A stretch of 62,523 bases of DNA, the filler included, from Chiloscyllium plagiosum (Eukaryota), in assembly GCF_004010195.1 (NCBI RefSeq). It is 4 parts of one record of this genome, joined end to end, with 100 filler letters (N's around TTAATTAATTAA, not from the genome) between each part and the next. Parts side by side here need not be neighbours in the genome. Positions count along the whole stretch, not along the records: positions 21,974 to 44,876 come from NC_057711.1; 3 more parts are not named here. One strand, 5' to 3'. The translations under genes were made by a program, and so were the position numbers. Below are positions 25,897 through 38,679 of this stretch, in pieces. How positions within the stretch are numbered: position 1 is the first letter of the stretch; the number at the start of each line of letters is the position of its first letter. Under the pieces are notes generated by a model. It did no database searches and was not told the DNA's origin. It saw nothing but the letters and a program-made list of their open reading frames with translations.

Positions 25897-26020
25897 AGTC
25901 CTGAAGAAGTGTCCCACCTGAAATGTTGACTTTTCCACCTCCTGATGCTACCTGGTTTGCTGAGCTCTTCCAAAGCCTTCTGGTTGTCAACCTTGGATTC
26001 CAGCATCTGCAGATTTTTTT
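25897..26020 (+). mobile_element. PLE terminal fragment with a degenerate hammerhead
   Basis: agtc-CTGAAGA-agtgtcccacct-GAAA-tgtt-gact, then the ccagcatctgcag tail. Confidence 0.6.
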
Positions 26021-26610
26021 TTTGTGTGTCTCTCATCATTTGGTAAGATTGTCTCAACTCCAATTCCCCCTCTTTACTCAAAACTCCCTCCTCAATCAAA
26101 AAGCATAGCTACCTCACCTTTGAGCATATTCAATGATCCAGCTTTCTCTGGATTCCAGACACTTACAAAATACAAAGAAGAAATTCCTCTTCATCTTAAA
26201 CAGGTGGCTATTTATTTTAAAACTAACGTCCCTCGTTCGAGATTCATCCATGAGGTGAAACAACCTCTTGGCATTTACCCTGTCAGCCTCACTCAGAAAT
26301 GTACACCTTTCAATAAGATCATCTGCCATTCTTCTCACCTGGGGCCTCTGAGAATTGGCCCAACTTACTCAACTTTCCTTTATAAGACCACCAACCCTAG
26401 AATCAGTTAAACCTTGTCTGAGGTGTTGCCCGTGGAAATAGACTCCTCCTTAAGTCAAGAGTCCAGAATAGTGCACATGACTCCAGTGATGATTCCACCA
26501 ATGTTCTTTACAGTTGTATCAAGTCTTTCCTTCTTTTGTATTTGCATCTTCTTGCAATAATTTCTCTACTCAAGGGGCTGTAGCAGCTCCAATACTGAGT
26601 GTAATCGAGA

Positions 26611-27025
26611 TTTGGCAGAGCTGGTGTTGGACTGGGGTGTACAAAGTTAAAAATCACACAACACCAGGTTATAGTCCAACAAGTTTAATTGGGAGCACTG
26701 GTCTTTGGAGCGCTGCTCCTTCATCAGGTGTTTATGGAGTATAAGATCATAGGACACAGAATTTATAGCAAAAGGGTTACAGTGTCATGGAGCTGTAATG
26801 ATATATTAAACAAATTCAGATTAAGTCCTTCATCTTTTAGAAGGGGATATGCTAGTTTCAGTTCTTTCATACGTAAATCACAGAACTCCTTTTAAGTTAC
26901 ATTCTCAAAATAGCTTTAGCTTTTCTAACAATAGGTGCCATCTCAGCTGAGACAATGCCTTAAAGGTGTGAGGTGAAAGTCTGTCTGTGTCCCAATGTTG
27001 AGCCCCACTGGTTCTACTTCTAAAG
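26611..27025 (-). mobile_element. PLE fragment (third family) with a 15-bp TSD and a degenerate hammerhead at 26696-26730
   Basis: tgagtgtaatcgaga at 26596-26610 and 27026-27040; minus strand cac-CTGATGA-A-GGAGC-AGC-GCTCC-aaagacca-gtg. Confidence 0.72.
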
Positions 27026-27619
27026 TGAGTGTAATCGAGACAGAGACTGGGAGATGATCAATGACGTTAAAGGGTATGGGATAGTAAGGGAGAATAGTAT
27101 TGAGGTAGATGAATAGCCATGATATAGGATTGTGGAGCAAGCCCGTGGACTGAATGGCCTATTTCTAAGGCCAGCAATCTATTTGCCTTCCTGATTACTT
27201 ACTGGATCTATATTTCTGTGTCTAAAATCAGTAGTATTGCTATGCAAAGAAACAGACCCATAGTCATGTGGTCTCTGATCCACCTTCAGCCAGATTTATC
27301 TTATAGAAACATATTCATTCCTGTCTTTTATTTTTTGAATTGTTTTTCCATGATCTTGAAGTAAAACAAAGTAATGTCCCTGATACTCATCGAAACGTCA
27401 AGGAGCCCGGTGTGGTGACTTTCACTCACAGCCACAACAGAAACAGTACTATTGTACCCCGAGTCCTCCAACTGAGGTGCATTCCTGATTGCCTGAGCTA
27501 TTGTTTAGCATAACATCAGGAGATTGGAAAGAAATTAATTTAGTTTATCTCATACAATTCAGGAACACACCTTCTCAATGTGCCACTCTCCCACTCTCTG
27601 CACATACCCCCTTGAGGCT

Positions 27620-27865
27620 GGAGAAATATCCACCATTAGTTCTGGAATTCCCTGGTTGTTCTTTGTACCTCTGCCTTTGGCTTTTGATGACTTCTTCTCG
27701 CTGGTGGTAGGCTGGTGAGGCTGCTCTGCCAGGCACAAGAAACATTCCTCTCCTTGTCAATGACGTCTTGGATGATGGAGTTCTTCTTATTGAACCAGTC
27801 TTGGTGTTTCCAGGTCTTGTAGACGGTGGTTTCTTCACAGCATGAGCTGATGGCTGCCTTTTATC
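27620..27865 (-). mobile_element. RTE-clade LINE ORF2 fragment
   Basis: Translates to KTWKHQDWFNKKNSIIQDVIDKER..AWQ and KAEVQRTTREFQN*WW, typical of the RTE endonuclease-RT linker. Confidence 0.7.
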
Positions 27866-28015
27866 TTGAAATGGATTCCCTTCTTTCTTAAAAATATCTG
27901 GCGATTTGGCCTCCACAGCCTTCTGGGGCAGAGAACTCCACTTGCTGAAAGGGAGCCAGTATAATTTCACTCAAGCGTGAGATGTGGACATTGCTGTCTG
28001 GCCCCAGTTTTATTG

Positions 28016-28113
28016 TGGGACGAACGTGAGGACAGCTTTTGCCCGAAATGTCGATTTTCTTGCTCCTCGGATGCTGCCTGACTTGTCGTGCTTTTCCAGC
28101 ACCACACTAATCT
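28016..28113 (+). mobile_element. PLE terminal fragment with a 17-bp TSD
   Basis: tggcccca(g/c)ttttattg at 27999-28015 and 28114-28130; partial gcttttgcccgaaatgtc. Confidence 0.7.
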
Positions 28114-29704
28114 TGGCCCCACTTTTATTGCCCCTGGCTAATTACTTTGGAGAAGGTGGTGGTGAGCTGCCCTCTTTAACCACTGTGTGCTGTAGGTAGA
28201 GCCACAAAGCCAATAAGAAGGGAGTTGCAGTGAGTGGTTTGGAGGGGAACTTGGAAACGCTGGTGAACAGCTGCAATGAAACGTGAATATAATGTGTGTA
28301 TCTATCAGTGATGGAACCACTGAATGTGAAACATTTAATGTAATCATAAGTTTCAAAATAGAATTGGGCGTTTCCTTGAAAGAAAAACTATACGGTAGAG
28401 CAGAGGGAATCAGACAAAATGGTGTCGCGGATCCTACTTCCTGTTCCTGGTCCCAGGATGTAACTGCTCATGTTTAATTTAGCTTTACACATTAATTGCA
28501 GGAACACTTTCAGTTAAGGTTTAAGCAGTAGTTTAGTCTGGTTTAACATAACTTCATTGCTTTTGCACTGAATGCCATTTCTAATAAAGCCCAGGACATG
28601 GTACAATTTATTAATCTGTCCTGTCCTCTTCAATGGTTTATGCATATGCACATCAACGGCCCTTTGCTCCCGAACCCACTGTAGAATTGGGTGTAAATAG
28701 AATTGGACTCTATTTTCTTTGGCTGTCTGTGTTCTTCCAGCCTGAATGCATCACTTCACTCCTCTCTCCATTAAATTCCATCTGCCACCTGTCTGACCAT
28801 CCTGACTATGCACTTTCAAGTTTCGGATGATTATCCAGCAAAGAATGTTGGCCCGGGAGATTAGGAGCAACTCCGTACTGTTTGTCAGGTAAGGCTGTGC
28901 AGTCTTTAACAGCTCAGCTGGAAGATAACACCCCCATAATTCCAGGAATGAAATACTCATCGCTACAGAATCCACAAGCCTCTGACTCAGGAGTGAGAGC
29001 CCTATCCACAGAGAACAAGGCAACAGAACAATGTGTGCTCTCTGACTCAGTTGAACAGCCAAACCACATCAGATGCCGATGGATTTTTAACCGTTTGTGA
29101 TGCTGCCAATTTGAAGCCAAAAAAGTCCCAGTATCCCTCTTCACAAAGCTAAGGGGCTCTGCTATTGCCCCCTCAGCATTAAAAATATTAACTTGAAATG
29201 CAAAGAACGTTTTCTGTCGTGAGGATCCAACTGGCTCAATGAGGGTCCTTCTGGGGAAGTGTAAAACAGCCCAGGGATCACCACCCCATTGACTCCCTCC
29301 ACCACCGAAGCTCAATAGCAGCAGCATGTACCATCTGCAAGAAGCACTAAATCAAGTCATTGCGTATCACCCTTCCAAATCCACAACTTTCACCATCCAG
29401 ACATTCGAGAGTGTCGAATACGGGGCTAAGAAGGGTTAACACTTGAGTGAATTGAGCCACTGCAATGTCATATGGACTTGGAGGAAGAGAAATGTAGGAA
29501 CTCATTGGAACCAAAGCTATGACCATGTCCTGCCAATAGACTCTGTAGTAACATAGACCCTATCCTCTTGGTCCATAAATAGTTGCAAAGAAACAATAAA
29601 CCAAATTTTGTTGACACTGCAAGACTCTTTGTTAGATCAGACGGTGACTACTCTCACACACACCACATTAGGTTAAACCATTAAAATACCAAAATGCTCA
29701 GAGA

Positions 29705-29970
29705 CATAGAATCCCTACAGGGCACAGGTAAGTCATTTGGCCCATTGAGGCTGTACCAACCCTCTGAAGGACATCCCACCGACACCCACCCACCCTATCC
29801 ATGAATTTCCCATGGCTAACTCACCTAACATCTTTGGATTGTGGGAGGAGGTTCACACAGACCCAGGGAGAACGTGTAAGCTCCACAGTCGCCTGAGGCT
29901 GGATTCGACCCTGGGTCCCTACCACTGTCAGATAGCAGTGCTAACCACTGGCCCACTGTGTCACCCACAT
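29705..29970 (-). mobile_element. degenerate V-SINE
   Basis: agcagtgctaaccactg head and V-domain remnants. Confidence 0.7.
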
Positions 29971-31574
29971 AAAAGACATAGGTAGCACCACGCACAATCA
30001 AGGGCAGCAGATACATGGGACATTGTCAGCCGTAAGATGCCGTCTGAGCAACACACCATAGTCATTGGGGCAAAATCCTGAATTTAGGATATTTGTTGCC
30101 CAGCTTTTGATCTGAGTGGTTTCTTAGGCTATTTCAAAACACATTGCTGTGGGTCTGGAGTCACATGTAGGGCTGACCAGGAAAGGATGGCAGATTTCCT
30201 TCCTTAAAGGACAATAGGGAACCGGATGGGTTTTCAGAAGCAGCAATGATAGCCTTCGGGTTACTACTGCAGAGCATAGCTTTCAATTCCAAATGTATTA
30301 GCTGCATTTAAATCTCACCTGGTATGGAACCCAGGTTCTAGGCACTGTGACATAGGGGTGCTAACCACTGAGCCTATCTATTGGAGGATTTGAATTGATG
30401 CTCCCAGAAAATTAGCCTCTGAGTAACTAACCAGTGACAGTGCCTCCATCTCCCTGATGCCAACCTACCCCTCCTACAGGACATAGGTTGCAGCAGTTCA
30501 AGAAGGCAGCTCACCACGACCTTCTCGAGGGTAATAAATGCCAGCCAGCAATGCCCACAATCCATAAGAGGAGTAAAGAAAGAACCTTTCCATCCTAAAC
30601 TACATTAGCCTCCATTAGTGTCTCTCATCCCACATCCAACATGGCTGGCTTTTAACTGTCCTCTCGAGTATCTGGGAAAACAGCTTTAAGGAATAAGGAG
30701 ACATCTTAACAGCATCTTCACAAATGATGCGAAAACCTATCCCTCTGGCAAAGCTTACATCCATCAGCTGGGAATTGCTTTTTCCAAATAACAATCCAGT
30801 GTTAGCACCTTCGGATGCTTTATTGTGTGAAAGGAGATATAAAAATAATTGCTTAATTCTTTTGCTTGTGGATCTTGCAAGCTAGGCCAGTGCCCATTCC
30901 TAATGACCCAGAAAGCAATCCGGACTCAACCGCATTGCAGAGGCTCTGGAGTTACATGTTGGTCAGGCCAGGTGAAGATTTCTGTTCATAAAGGACACTA
31001 GTAAACCAGATGGATTGTTCTGATAGTCACCATTACACTGATCTGGCACAGTGGGATTCGAATCCACATTCCCAGAACAATAGCAGTTCAGAAGTCATAC
31101 TGGACTCATGCAACATCTCCCGCACCTAACACTCCCCGCACCCAACACCCCCACACTTCCAGCATCCAACACATCCAGCATCCAACCCCCCCCACACCCA
31201 ACACTCCTCTGCACCCAACACCCCCAGCACTCAGTGCTGTCTGTCAAAACCCCTCAGAGAATTATGAACCCGAGAGTTCCCAGAAGATGCTTTGTTAATC
31301 TCACATGTGTTATTGAGTGCACAGTTCAGAACCTCCTCTATCATCTTCACTGGAGTTCATTTCTGTGGTAACAGTACGAACAGCTTGTCCTGTTCAGTTG
31401 TAATCAATATTACGTGCATTTCTGGAAGTTTTCTGAAGACCAGTACTTGGCAGGCTTGACAGCTCTGAGAAAATCAATGGGAAGATACAGAGAGCAATTA
31501 GCTCCCAGGGTGAGCCGGCAGTCTGATCATACCAGCTATCACCCGACAAATAGGACCAGTGACTGTTCTCTCAC

Positions 31575-31774
31575 AGGCTGAAGGGGTTGGTGGGGACGGG
31601 TGTGTGGAGACAAGATCTGCCATCCAGTCCAATTGGAAATCTGAATAGAATGACAGTAGAATGATAGGCAAGGACTGACATTGTTTGGAGGAGATTACAC
31701 CGAGGCTGAGGATTGATCTGCCCTGTATAACGTAGAGTTGACTCTGGGTGAGTTGTACTGTTGTGGTGAATATC
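31575..31774 (-). CDS. candidate exon 3 of the unknown gene (DIHHNSTTHPESTLRYTGQINPQPRCNLLQT...)
   Basis: Acceptor cctttaccttgagtAG; phase-0 frame open for 66 codons up to a GTGAGA donor; an alternative donor GTCAGT lies near 31679. Confidence 0.25.
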
Positions 31775-32699
31775 CTACTCAAGGTAAAGGCCCAATATGC
31801 CTTCTTGTAGAAACCAGCAATGGGAGTAGGCCATTTGGCATGATCATGGCTGGTCCTCTGTTCTCAGGAACAATGTGGGATGAGAAATAAGCAGTGACAG
31901 CGATGCCGTATCTCACCACTGAAGTAGGAAGCAAATTCAGAAATCACATCCATTCATGGTTTGGAAGGGCCAGGGCTTTGCTTCAAGCTGATAATGGGCA
32001 GTACAGTCAGCCTGAGACATGGAAACCGTTACAACACTGTGAGCGCCCTTTGGGCTCAACGAGTCTATACTGGTTCATTGCAGAGTAATGTAGTCAGTCC
32101 TATTCCCAACACCATCCCTGGAGTCCTGCAGGCCAATTTCCTTTTGAAATCATAGATTCTTTCAGCTTACACAACCTTCGTGGGAGACAGATTTCCAGCC
32201 ATGATCACTCACTGCCCAGAAACATCTTCCCCACATTCCCCTTGCATTTCTTACCCAATATCTTAAACCTGTCCTCTCTAGTCCTTCTACAGAGAAACAT
32301 AAAACAAAGGAGCAGGATACAGACCATTCAGCCTGTCAAACCCTGCTCTACAATTCAATATGATCATGGCTGCCATCCAACTCAGCACCCTGTGCCCATT
32401 TTTTCCCAATACCTTTAGATCTCTTTAGCCCGAGGAATACATCTATTATCTACTGGGAAGATATTTCCCTATTAGTCCTATATTAATCGTGAATATCTCT
32501 GTCATTAATTTCTGTTCATTTCTCAGACCTGGATCAAGCATTGTTGGCCATCCCTAGTTGCCCTTGAGAAGGTGGTGATAAGCTGCCTTTTTCAAACACT
32601 TCAGTCCCTGTGCTAAAACTGCCGTCTCTTTGATCTCTCTCTGGTACCTCAGGAACATATCCGGGCAGGATCCACTCACAGACTGAGCCAAGACACTGC

Positions 32700-32985
32700 C
32701 ACAAGCCGCTGAGAGACAGTCCGACATGCTGCTGAGATACCAGGCTGAAAGCCACCAGAGATCAGGCTGAGAGACACCGAGAGACCAGGCTGAGAGCCGC
32801 TGAGAGGCCAGGCTAGGATCCACCGTGATCTATCAAAGACCAGGATGAGACCCACCATTATCCACCGAGAAAGCATGCCGGAATTCACCATGAACTACCA
32901 AGAGACCAGGCCGGGATTCATCATGAACTGCAGAGAGTTCAGGCTGGGACTCACCATGAACAGCTGAGAGACCAGGCCGGGACCT
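32700..32985. repeat. degenerate minisatellite (22-34 bp units, core gagagaccaggctg)
   Basis: About 10 diverged units seen directly. Confidence 0.75.
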
Positions 32986-33474
32986 GTACTTAGGATCTTG
33001 GTGTGATTTCAGGTCATGAGATCTCTGCGGTTTGGGATCTTGTGTCCCATACTGATATGGGGCTGGGGCATTTTAATCCATGATTTTGAGACTTACATAG
33101 AAAATAGGCATGGATGCAAGCCATTCAGCCCCTCCAGCCTATACCGGGACTTAAAGGTGAGAAAAGAACTCTACTTTGAGCCAAGGTGACTTTGACTTGG
33201 ACAGATTTTGAGACATTTGGATAGACAGCGGAAAGTTGGTCCCATTGGTTACTGTTACAAGGACAAAGAGACGGATTTATGGATTTGGGCAAGAGATATG
33301 GGGCTAAGAGGTGCTGCGATGCAAGGCTGTGATGCGCGTCTTAAACAAAGCAAATTGGCAAAAGCATAAAAATACACTTTTGAGATCAGAAAAGAAAGAA
33401 GGAAACTGAAGAGCCAGTGTATAGTTCCTGAGTCAATGCTGTGTTGTCATGACTGCAGTTGCTGCTTGACTTAC

Positions 33475-33618
33475 TGCTGAAGTCAGGAAGAAAGTGCTAG
33501 GTGATGCCCTGCTGTGCTCTGCCAACCCATAATTGTAGATGCACATGGCAGGAGAGTTGCTGGAGGATGAAATGTAAGGTGGCTGTTCTGATGTAGCATC
33601 TTCTGAAAACCCTGACAT
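33475..33618 (-). CDS. candidate first coding exon (MSGFSEDATSEQPPYISSSSNSPAMCIYNYGLAEHSRASPSTFFLTSA)
   Basis: Strong T-tract plus AG at 33620-33619 and GTAAGT donor at 33474-33469; 144 nt with only this frame open. Confidence 0.5.
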
Positions 33619-33699
33619 CTATTTCCAAACGGAAAAAAAAAACACTTTTCAGCATCGATTACCGTGAACACGGGATATTTTTAATATTCATTAGACCAG

Positions 33700-34170
33700 A
33701 AGAACTTGAGACGTAGGAGTGGAACTAAGGCCATTCAGCCCATCGAGTCCATTCCACCATTTAATTATGGCTGATGGGTGTTTCAATTCCACTTACTGCA
33801 CTCTCTCTGCAGCCCTTAATTCTTTCTGAGATCAAGAATTTCTCAATCTCTGCTTTGAAGACATTTAATGCCCCAGCCTCCACTGCACTCCATGGCAATG
33901 AATTCCACAGGCCCACCACTTTTTGGCTCAACAAATGTCTCCTCATTTCCATTCTAAATTAACCCCCTCTAATTCTAAGGCTGTGCCCATGGGTCCTAGT
34001 CTCGCCGCCCACCCACGCCCCAACAGAAACAACTTCTCAGCGTCCACCCTTTCTAAGCCAGACATTATCTTGTAAGTTTCTATTAGATCTCCCCTCAACC
34101 TTGTAAACTCTAATGAATACAATCCCAGGATCCTCAGCCGTTCATTGTATGTTAGGCCTACCATTCCAGG
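33700..34170 (-). mobile_element. CR1 3' fragment
   Basis: ERLRILGLYSLEFTRLRGDLIETYKI and VVGLWNSLP. Confidence 0.88.
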
Positions 34171-34626
34171 GTAGGATGGAGGCTTGCCATTAGTCACATT
34201 GATATAGAAGTTGGAACAGGGAAGGAGAAACCTGGTGGCCAAATCAAAGAATCATGGAATATTTTCAGCATGGAATCATGTCTGTCCCAGCTCTTTGCCA
34301 GAGTAACTCCCTCTGTCCCACTGCCCTGCCTTTTCCTAACACCCCATTAATAGATTCCTTTCAGGTATTGACACAGCTCCGTTTTTGAATTCCCTGATTG
34401 AATCCACCTCCACCATAGTCTCAGGGAGTGCCATTCCAGCTCCGGATCTCTCGCGACATGAAAACAGGTTCTCCTTCACATAGCTGTTGCACCCTTTGCC
34501 AATCTCCATAAATCTGTGACCCCTGCATCTACACCACAGAAACAGTTTCTCTTTGTCCACTCCTTCCAGACTCTTCATGATATTGAATACCTCGAAGTAA
34601 TCCCGGCTCCGTCTCTACCAACTCAC

Positions 34627-34690
34627 GGTTTCCGAAGGGGGTCGGCAACTAACAGCCGGAGCGGGGACACCAGCGACCAGTGACCCAGTG
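34627..34690 (-). promoter_or_regulatory. candidate CpG-rich non-coding first exon / TSS region
   Basis: Local CpG cluster ending GGAAACC|GTGAGT; splicing to 33618 gives GAAACC-ATG. The 5' boundary is a guess. Confidence 0.4.
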
Positions 34691-34784
34691 TGGAGTGGAG
34701 GGGAGGGGTACAATGTTGGGGGGAGGGGCACAGTGTGGAGTGGGTGGAAGGGAACAGTGTGGAGGGAAAGGGAACAGTGTGGAG

Positions 34785-35195
34785 CCCTCCCATCCCTCCC
34801 CACTGTGTCCCCGTCACATCCCTCCCCACTGTGTCCCCTCCCATCCCTCCCCACTGTGTCCCCGTCACATCCCTCCCCACTGTGTCCCCTCCCATCCCTC
34901 CCCACTGTGTCCCCGTCACATCCCTCCCCACTGTGTCCCCTCCCATCCCTCCCCACTGTGTCCCCGTCACATCCCTCCCCACTGTGTCCCCTCCCATCCC
35001 TCCCCACTGTGTCCCCGTCACATCCCTCCCCACTGTGTCCCCTCCCATCCCTCCCCACTGTGTCCCCTGCACATCCCTCCCCACTGTGTCCCCGTCACAT
35101 CCCTCCTCACTGTGTCCCCTCCCATCCCTCCCCACTGTGTCCCCTCACATCCCTCCCCAGTGTGTCCCCTCCCATCTCTCCCCACTGTGTTCCCC
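34785..35195. repeat. C-rich minisatellite with a 51-bp dimer of 25- and 26-bp monomers
   Basis: Alternating ccctccccactgtgtcccctcccat and ccctccccactgtgtccccgtcacat. Confidence 0.95.
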
Positions 35196-35480
35196 CATGT
35201 GGAAGTGGATGGGAAAATAGGGCCAGTGTCAAACAGGGGAGGTCATGCCTGACAAACCTTATTATATTCTTTGAGGGAGTAAACGAGCCAGTTAGACAAA
35301 GGAGAGCCATTGGATTTCATCCATCTGGATTTCCAGAAAGTGTTTGACAAGGTGCTGTACAGGAGGCTGTTAAAAAAGCTTAGACCTATCAGGTTCTGAC
35401 TTGCACTCAGTAATTTGCTGATTTTAGATGCTTCAAATCACCCCCAGATTCCTGGTTCTGGGCACTGGACTTACTTAAGG

Positions 35481-35700
35481 TAAAAACAAGGACTGCAGAC
35501 GCTGGAAACCAGATTCCAGATTAGAGAGGCGCTGGAAAAGCACAGCAGTTCAGGTAGCATCCGAGGTGCAGGAAAATCGATGTTTCTTGCAAAAGCCTTC
35601 ATCATTCCTGATGAAGGGCATTTGCCCGAAAAATCGATTTTCCTTTTCCTCGGATGCTGCCTGAACTGCTGTACTTTTCCTGCACCTCTCTAATCTGGAA
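35481..35700. mobile_element. palindromic PLE terminal pair with a hammerhead at 35603-35640 and a 17-bp TSD
   Basis: CTGATGA-A-GGGC-ATTT-GCCC-GAAA-AATC on plus with a decayed inverted copy to the left; TSD 35464-35480 / 35701-35717 with 2 mismatches. Confidence 0.75.
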
Positions 35701-35739
35701 ACTGGACTGACCTAAGGAACGTGAAATGGACAATATAAT

Positions 35740-38675
35740 AGAGTCAAGAGACAGAGAGATGTACAGAACGGAAGCAGACCCTTCGGTCCAACCCGTCCAC
35801 GCAGACCAGATATTCCAACCCAATCTAGTCCCACCAGCCAGCACCCGGCCCATATCCCTCCAAACCCTTCCTATTCATATATCCATCCAAATGCCTCTTA
35901 AATGTTGCAATTGTACCAGCCTCCACCACATCCTCTGGCAGCTCCTTCCATACACGTACCGCTCTGCGTGAAAAAGTTGCTCCTTAGGTCCCTTTTATAT
36001 CTTTCCTCTCTCACCCAAAACCTATGCCCTCAAGTTCTAGACTCCCCCAACCCAGGGAAAAGACTTTGTCTATTTATCCTATCCATGCCCCTCATAANNN
36101 NNNNNNNNNNNNNNNNNNNNNNNNNNNNNNNNNNNNNNNNNNNNNNNNNNNNNNNNNNNNNNNNNNNNNNNNNNNNNNNNNNNNNNNNNNNNNNNNNNNN
36201 NNNNNNNNNNNNNNNNNNNNNNNNNNNNNNNNNNNNNNNNNNNNNNNNNNNNNNNNNNNNNNNNNNNNNNNNNNNNNNNNNNNNNNNNNNNNNNNNNNNN
36301 NNNNNNNNNNNNNNNNNNNNNNNNNNNNNNNNNNNNNNNNNNNNNNNNNNNNNNNNNNNNNNNNNNNNNNNNNNNNNNNNNNNNNNNNNNNNNNNNNNNN
36401 NNNNNNNNNNNNNNNNNNNNNNNNNNNNNNNNNNNNNNNNNNNNNNNNNNNNNNNNNNNNNNNNNNNNNNNNNNNNNNNNNNNNNNNNNNNNNNNNNNNN
36501 NNNNNNNNNNNNNNNNNNNNNNNNNNNNNNNNNNNNNNNNNNNNNNNNNNNNNNNNNNNNNNNNNNNNNNNNNNNNNNNNNNNNNNNNNNNNNNNNNNNN
36601 NNNNNNNNNNNNNNNNNNNNNNNNNNNNNNNNNNNNNNNNNNNNNNNNNNNNNNNNNNNNNNNNNNNNNNNNNNNNNNNNNNNNNNNNNNNNNNNNNNNN
36701 NNNNNNNNNNNNNNNNNNNNNNNNNNNNNNNNNNNNNNNNNNNNNNNNNNNNNNNNNNNNNNNNNNNNNNNNNNNNNNNNNNNNNNNNNNNNNNNNNNNN
36801 NNNNNNNNNNNNNNNNNNNNNNNNNNNNNNNNNNNNNNNNNNNNNNNNNNNNNNNNNNNNNNNNNNNNNNNNNNNNNNNNNNNNNNNNNNNNNNNNNNNN
36901 NNNNNNNNNNNNNNNNNNNNNNNNNNNNNNNNNNNNNNNNNNNNNNNNNNNNNNNNNNNNNNNNNNNNNNNNNNNNNNNNNNNNNNNNNNNNNNNNNNNN
37001 NNNNNATCCTATCCCTCAGGATTCCTTCCAACAAGTTGCCGACCACCGAGGTCAGGCTCACTGGTCTATAGTTCCCTGGCTTGCCCTTACCACCCTTCTT
37101 GAACAGTGGCACCATGTTAACCAACCACCAGTCTTCCAGCACCTCACCTGTGACTATCGATGATACAAAGATCTCAGCAACAGGCCCAGCAATCACTTCC
37201 CTAGCTTCCCAAAGAGTTCTAGGGTATACCTGATCGAACATAGAACATAGAACAATACAGCACAGAACAGGCCTTCAGCCCTCAATGTTGCGCCGACCTG
37301 TGAACTATTCTCAGCTCGTCTCCCTACACTATCCCATCATCATCCATGTGCTTATCTAAGGATTGTTTAAATCTCCCTAATGTGGCTGAGATGACTACAT
37401 TAGCAGGTAGGGCATTCCACGCCCTTACCGCTCTCTGAGTAAAGAACCTGTCTCTGATATCTGCCTTAAATCTATCGCCCCTCAATTTGTAGTCATGCTC
37501 CCTCGTATAAGCTGATGTCATCATCCTAGGAAAAAGACTTTCACTGTCTACCCTATCTAATCCTCTGATCATCTTGTATGTTTCTATCAAATCCCCACTT
37601 ATCCTCCTTCTTTCCAATGAGAACAGACCCAACTCTTTCAGCCTTTCCTCGTAAGACCTTCCCTCCAGACCAGGCAACATTCTGGTAAATCTCCTCTGCA
37701 CCTTTTCCAATGCTTCCACATCCTTCCTGAAATATGGGGACCAGAACTGTACACAATATTCCAAGTGTGGACGCACCAGCGTTTTGTATAGTTGCAGCAT
37801 GATATTGCGGTTCGGGAACTGAATCCCTCTACCAATGAAACCTAACACACCGTATACCTTCTTAACAGCACTATCCACCTGGGTGGCAACTTTCCAGGAT
37901 CTATGTACATGGACTCCAAGATCCCTCTGCACATCCACACTACCAAGAATCTTTCCCTTGACCCAGCATTCTGCCTTCCTGTTTCCAAAGTGCATCACCT
38001 CACATTTAGCTGCATTGAATTCCATTTGCCACCTCTCAGCCCAATTCTGCAGTTTATCCAAGTCCCCCCAGGAACCTGTAACATTCTTCCAAATGTCCAC
38101 TACTCCACCGACTTTAGTGTCATCTGCAAACTGACTAACCCATCCACCTATGCCTGCGTCTAAGTCATTTATCAAAATGACAAACAGCAGTGGTCCCAAA
38201 ACAGATCCGTGTGGCACACCACTAGTAACAGGACTCCAGGCTGAATATTTTCCATCAACCACCACTCGCTGCCTTCTTTCAGAAAGCTAGTCCTGGGGAT
38301 TTATCCACCTTTATGCATTTCAAGACATCCAGCACTTCCTCCTCTGTAATCTGGACATTTTGCAAGGTGTCACCATCTATTTCCCTACATTCTATATCTT
38401 CCATATCCTTTTCCACACCAAATACTGATGCAAAGTACTCATTTAGTATCTCCCCCATTTTCTGCAGCTCCACACAAAGGCCGCCTTGCTGATCTTTGAG
38501 GGGCTCTAGTCTCTTCCTAGTAACCCATTTGTTCTTAATGTATTTGTAAAAACCCTTTGGATTCTCCTTAATTCTATTTTCCAAAACTATCTCGTGTCCC
38601 CGTTTTGCCCTCCTGATTTTCCTCTTAAGTATACTCCTACTGCCTTTATACTCTTCTAAGGATTCACTCGATCTA
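35740..38675 (-). mobile_element. CR1 ORF2 spanning an N gap, interrupted by a nested CR1
   Basis: NYRPVSLTS on one side and KVDKSPG on the other; the KSPGPDQVYPR motif is split at 37235/38290. Confidence 0.9.
37236..38289 (-). mobile_element. nested 5'-truncated CR1 with a 313-aa open RT C-terminus
   Basis: GVPHGSVLGP, FADDTK and LVRPHLEYCVQFWSP; (GAACATA)n tail at 37236-37253. Confidence 0.95.
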
Positions 38676-38679
38676 TTAG

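Noticed and set aside
27410..27500. Ig/TCR V remnant (QLEDSG) or signal-peptide exon on minus
   Set aside because: Too short, no in-frame YYC or upstream V framework, and a weak acceptor.
34785..35195. Array of V(D)J recombination signal heptamers (CACAGTG on minus)
   Set aside because: No ACAAAAACC nonamer at 12/23 spacing and no V, D or J segments nearby.
34615..35347. G/P-rich ORFs
   Set aside because: Translations of the 51-bp minisatellite.
35902..37241. Long ORFs of 380-400 aa (also 4973-5470 and 42258-42981)
   Set aside because: Artefacts of translating through N gaps.
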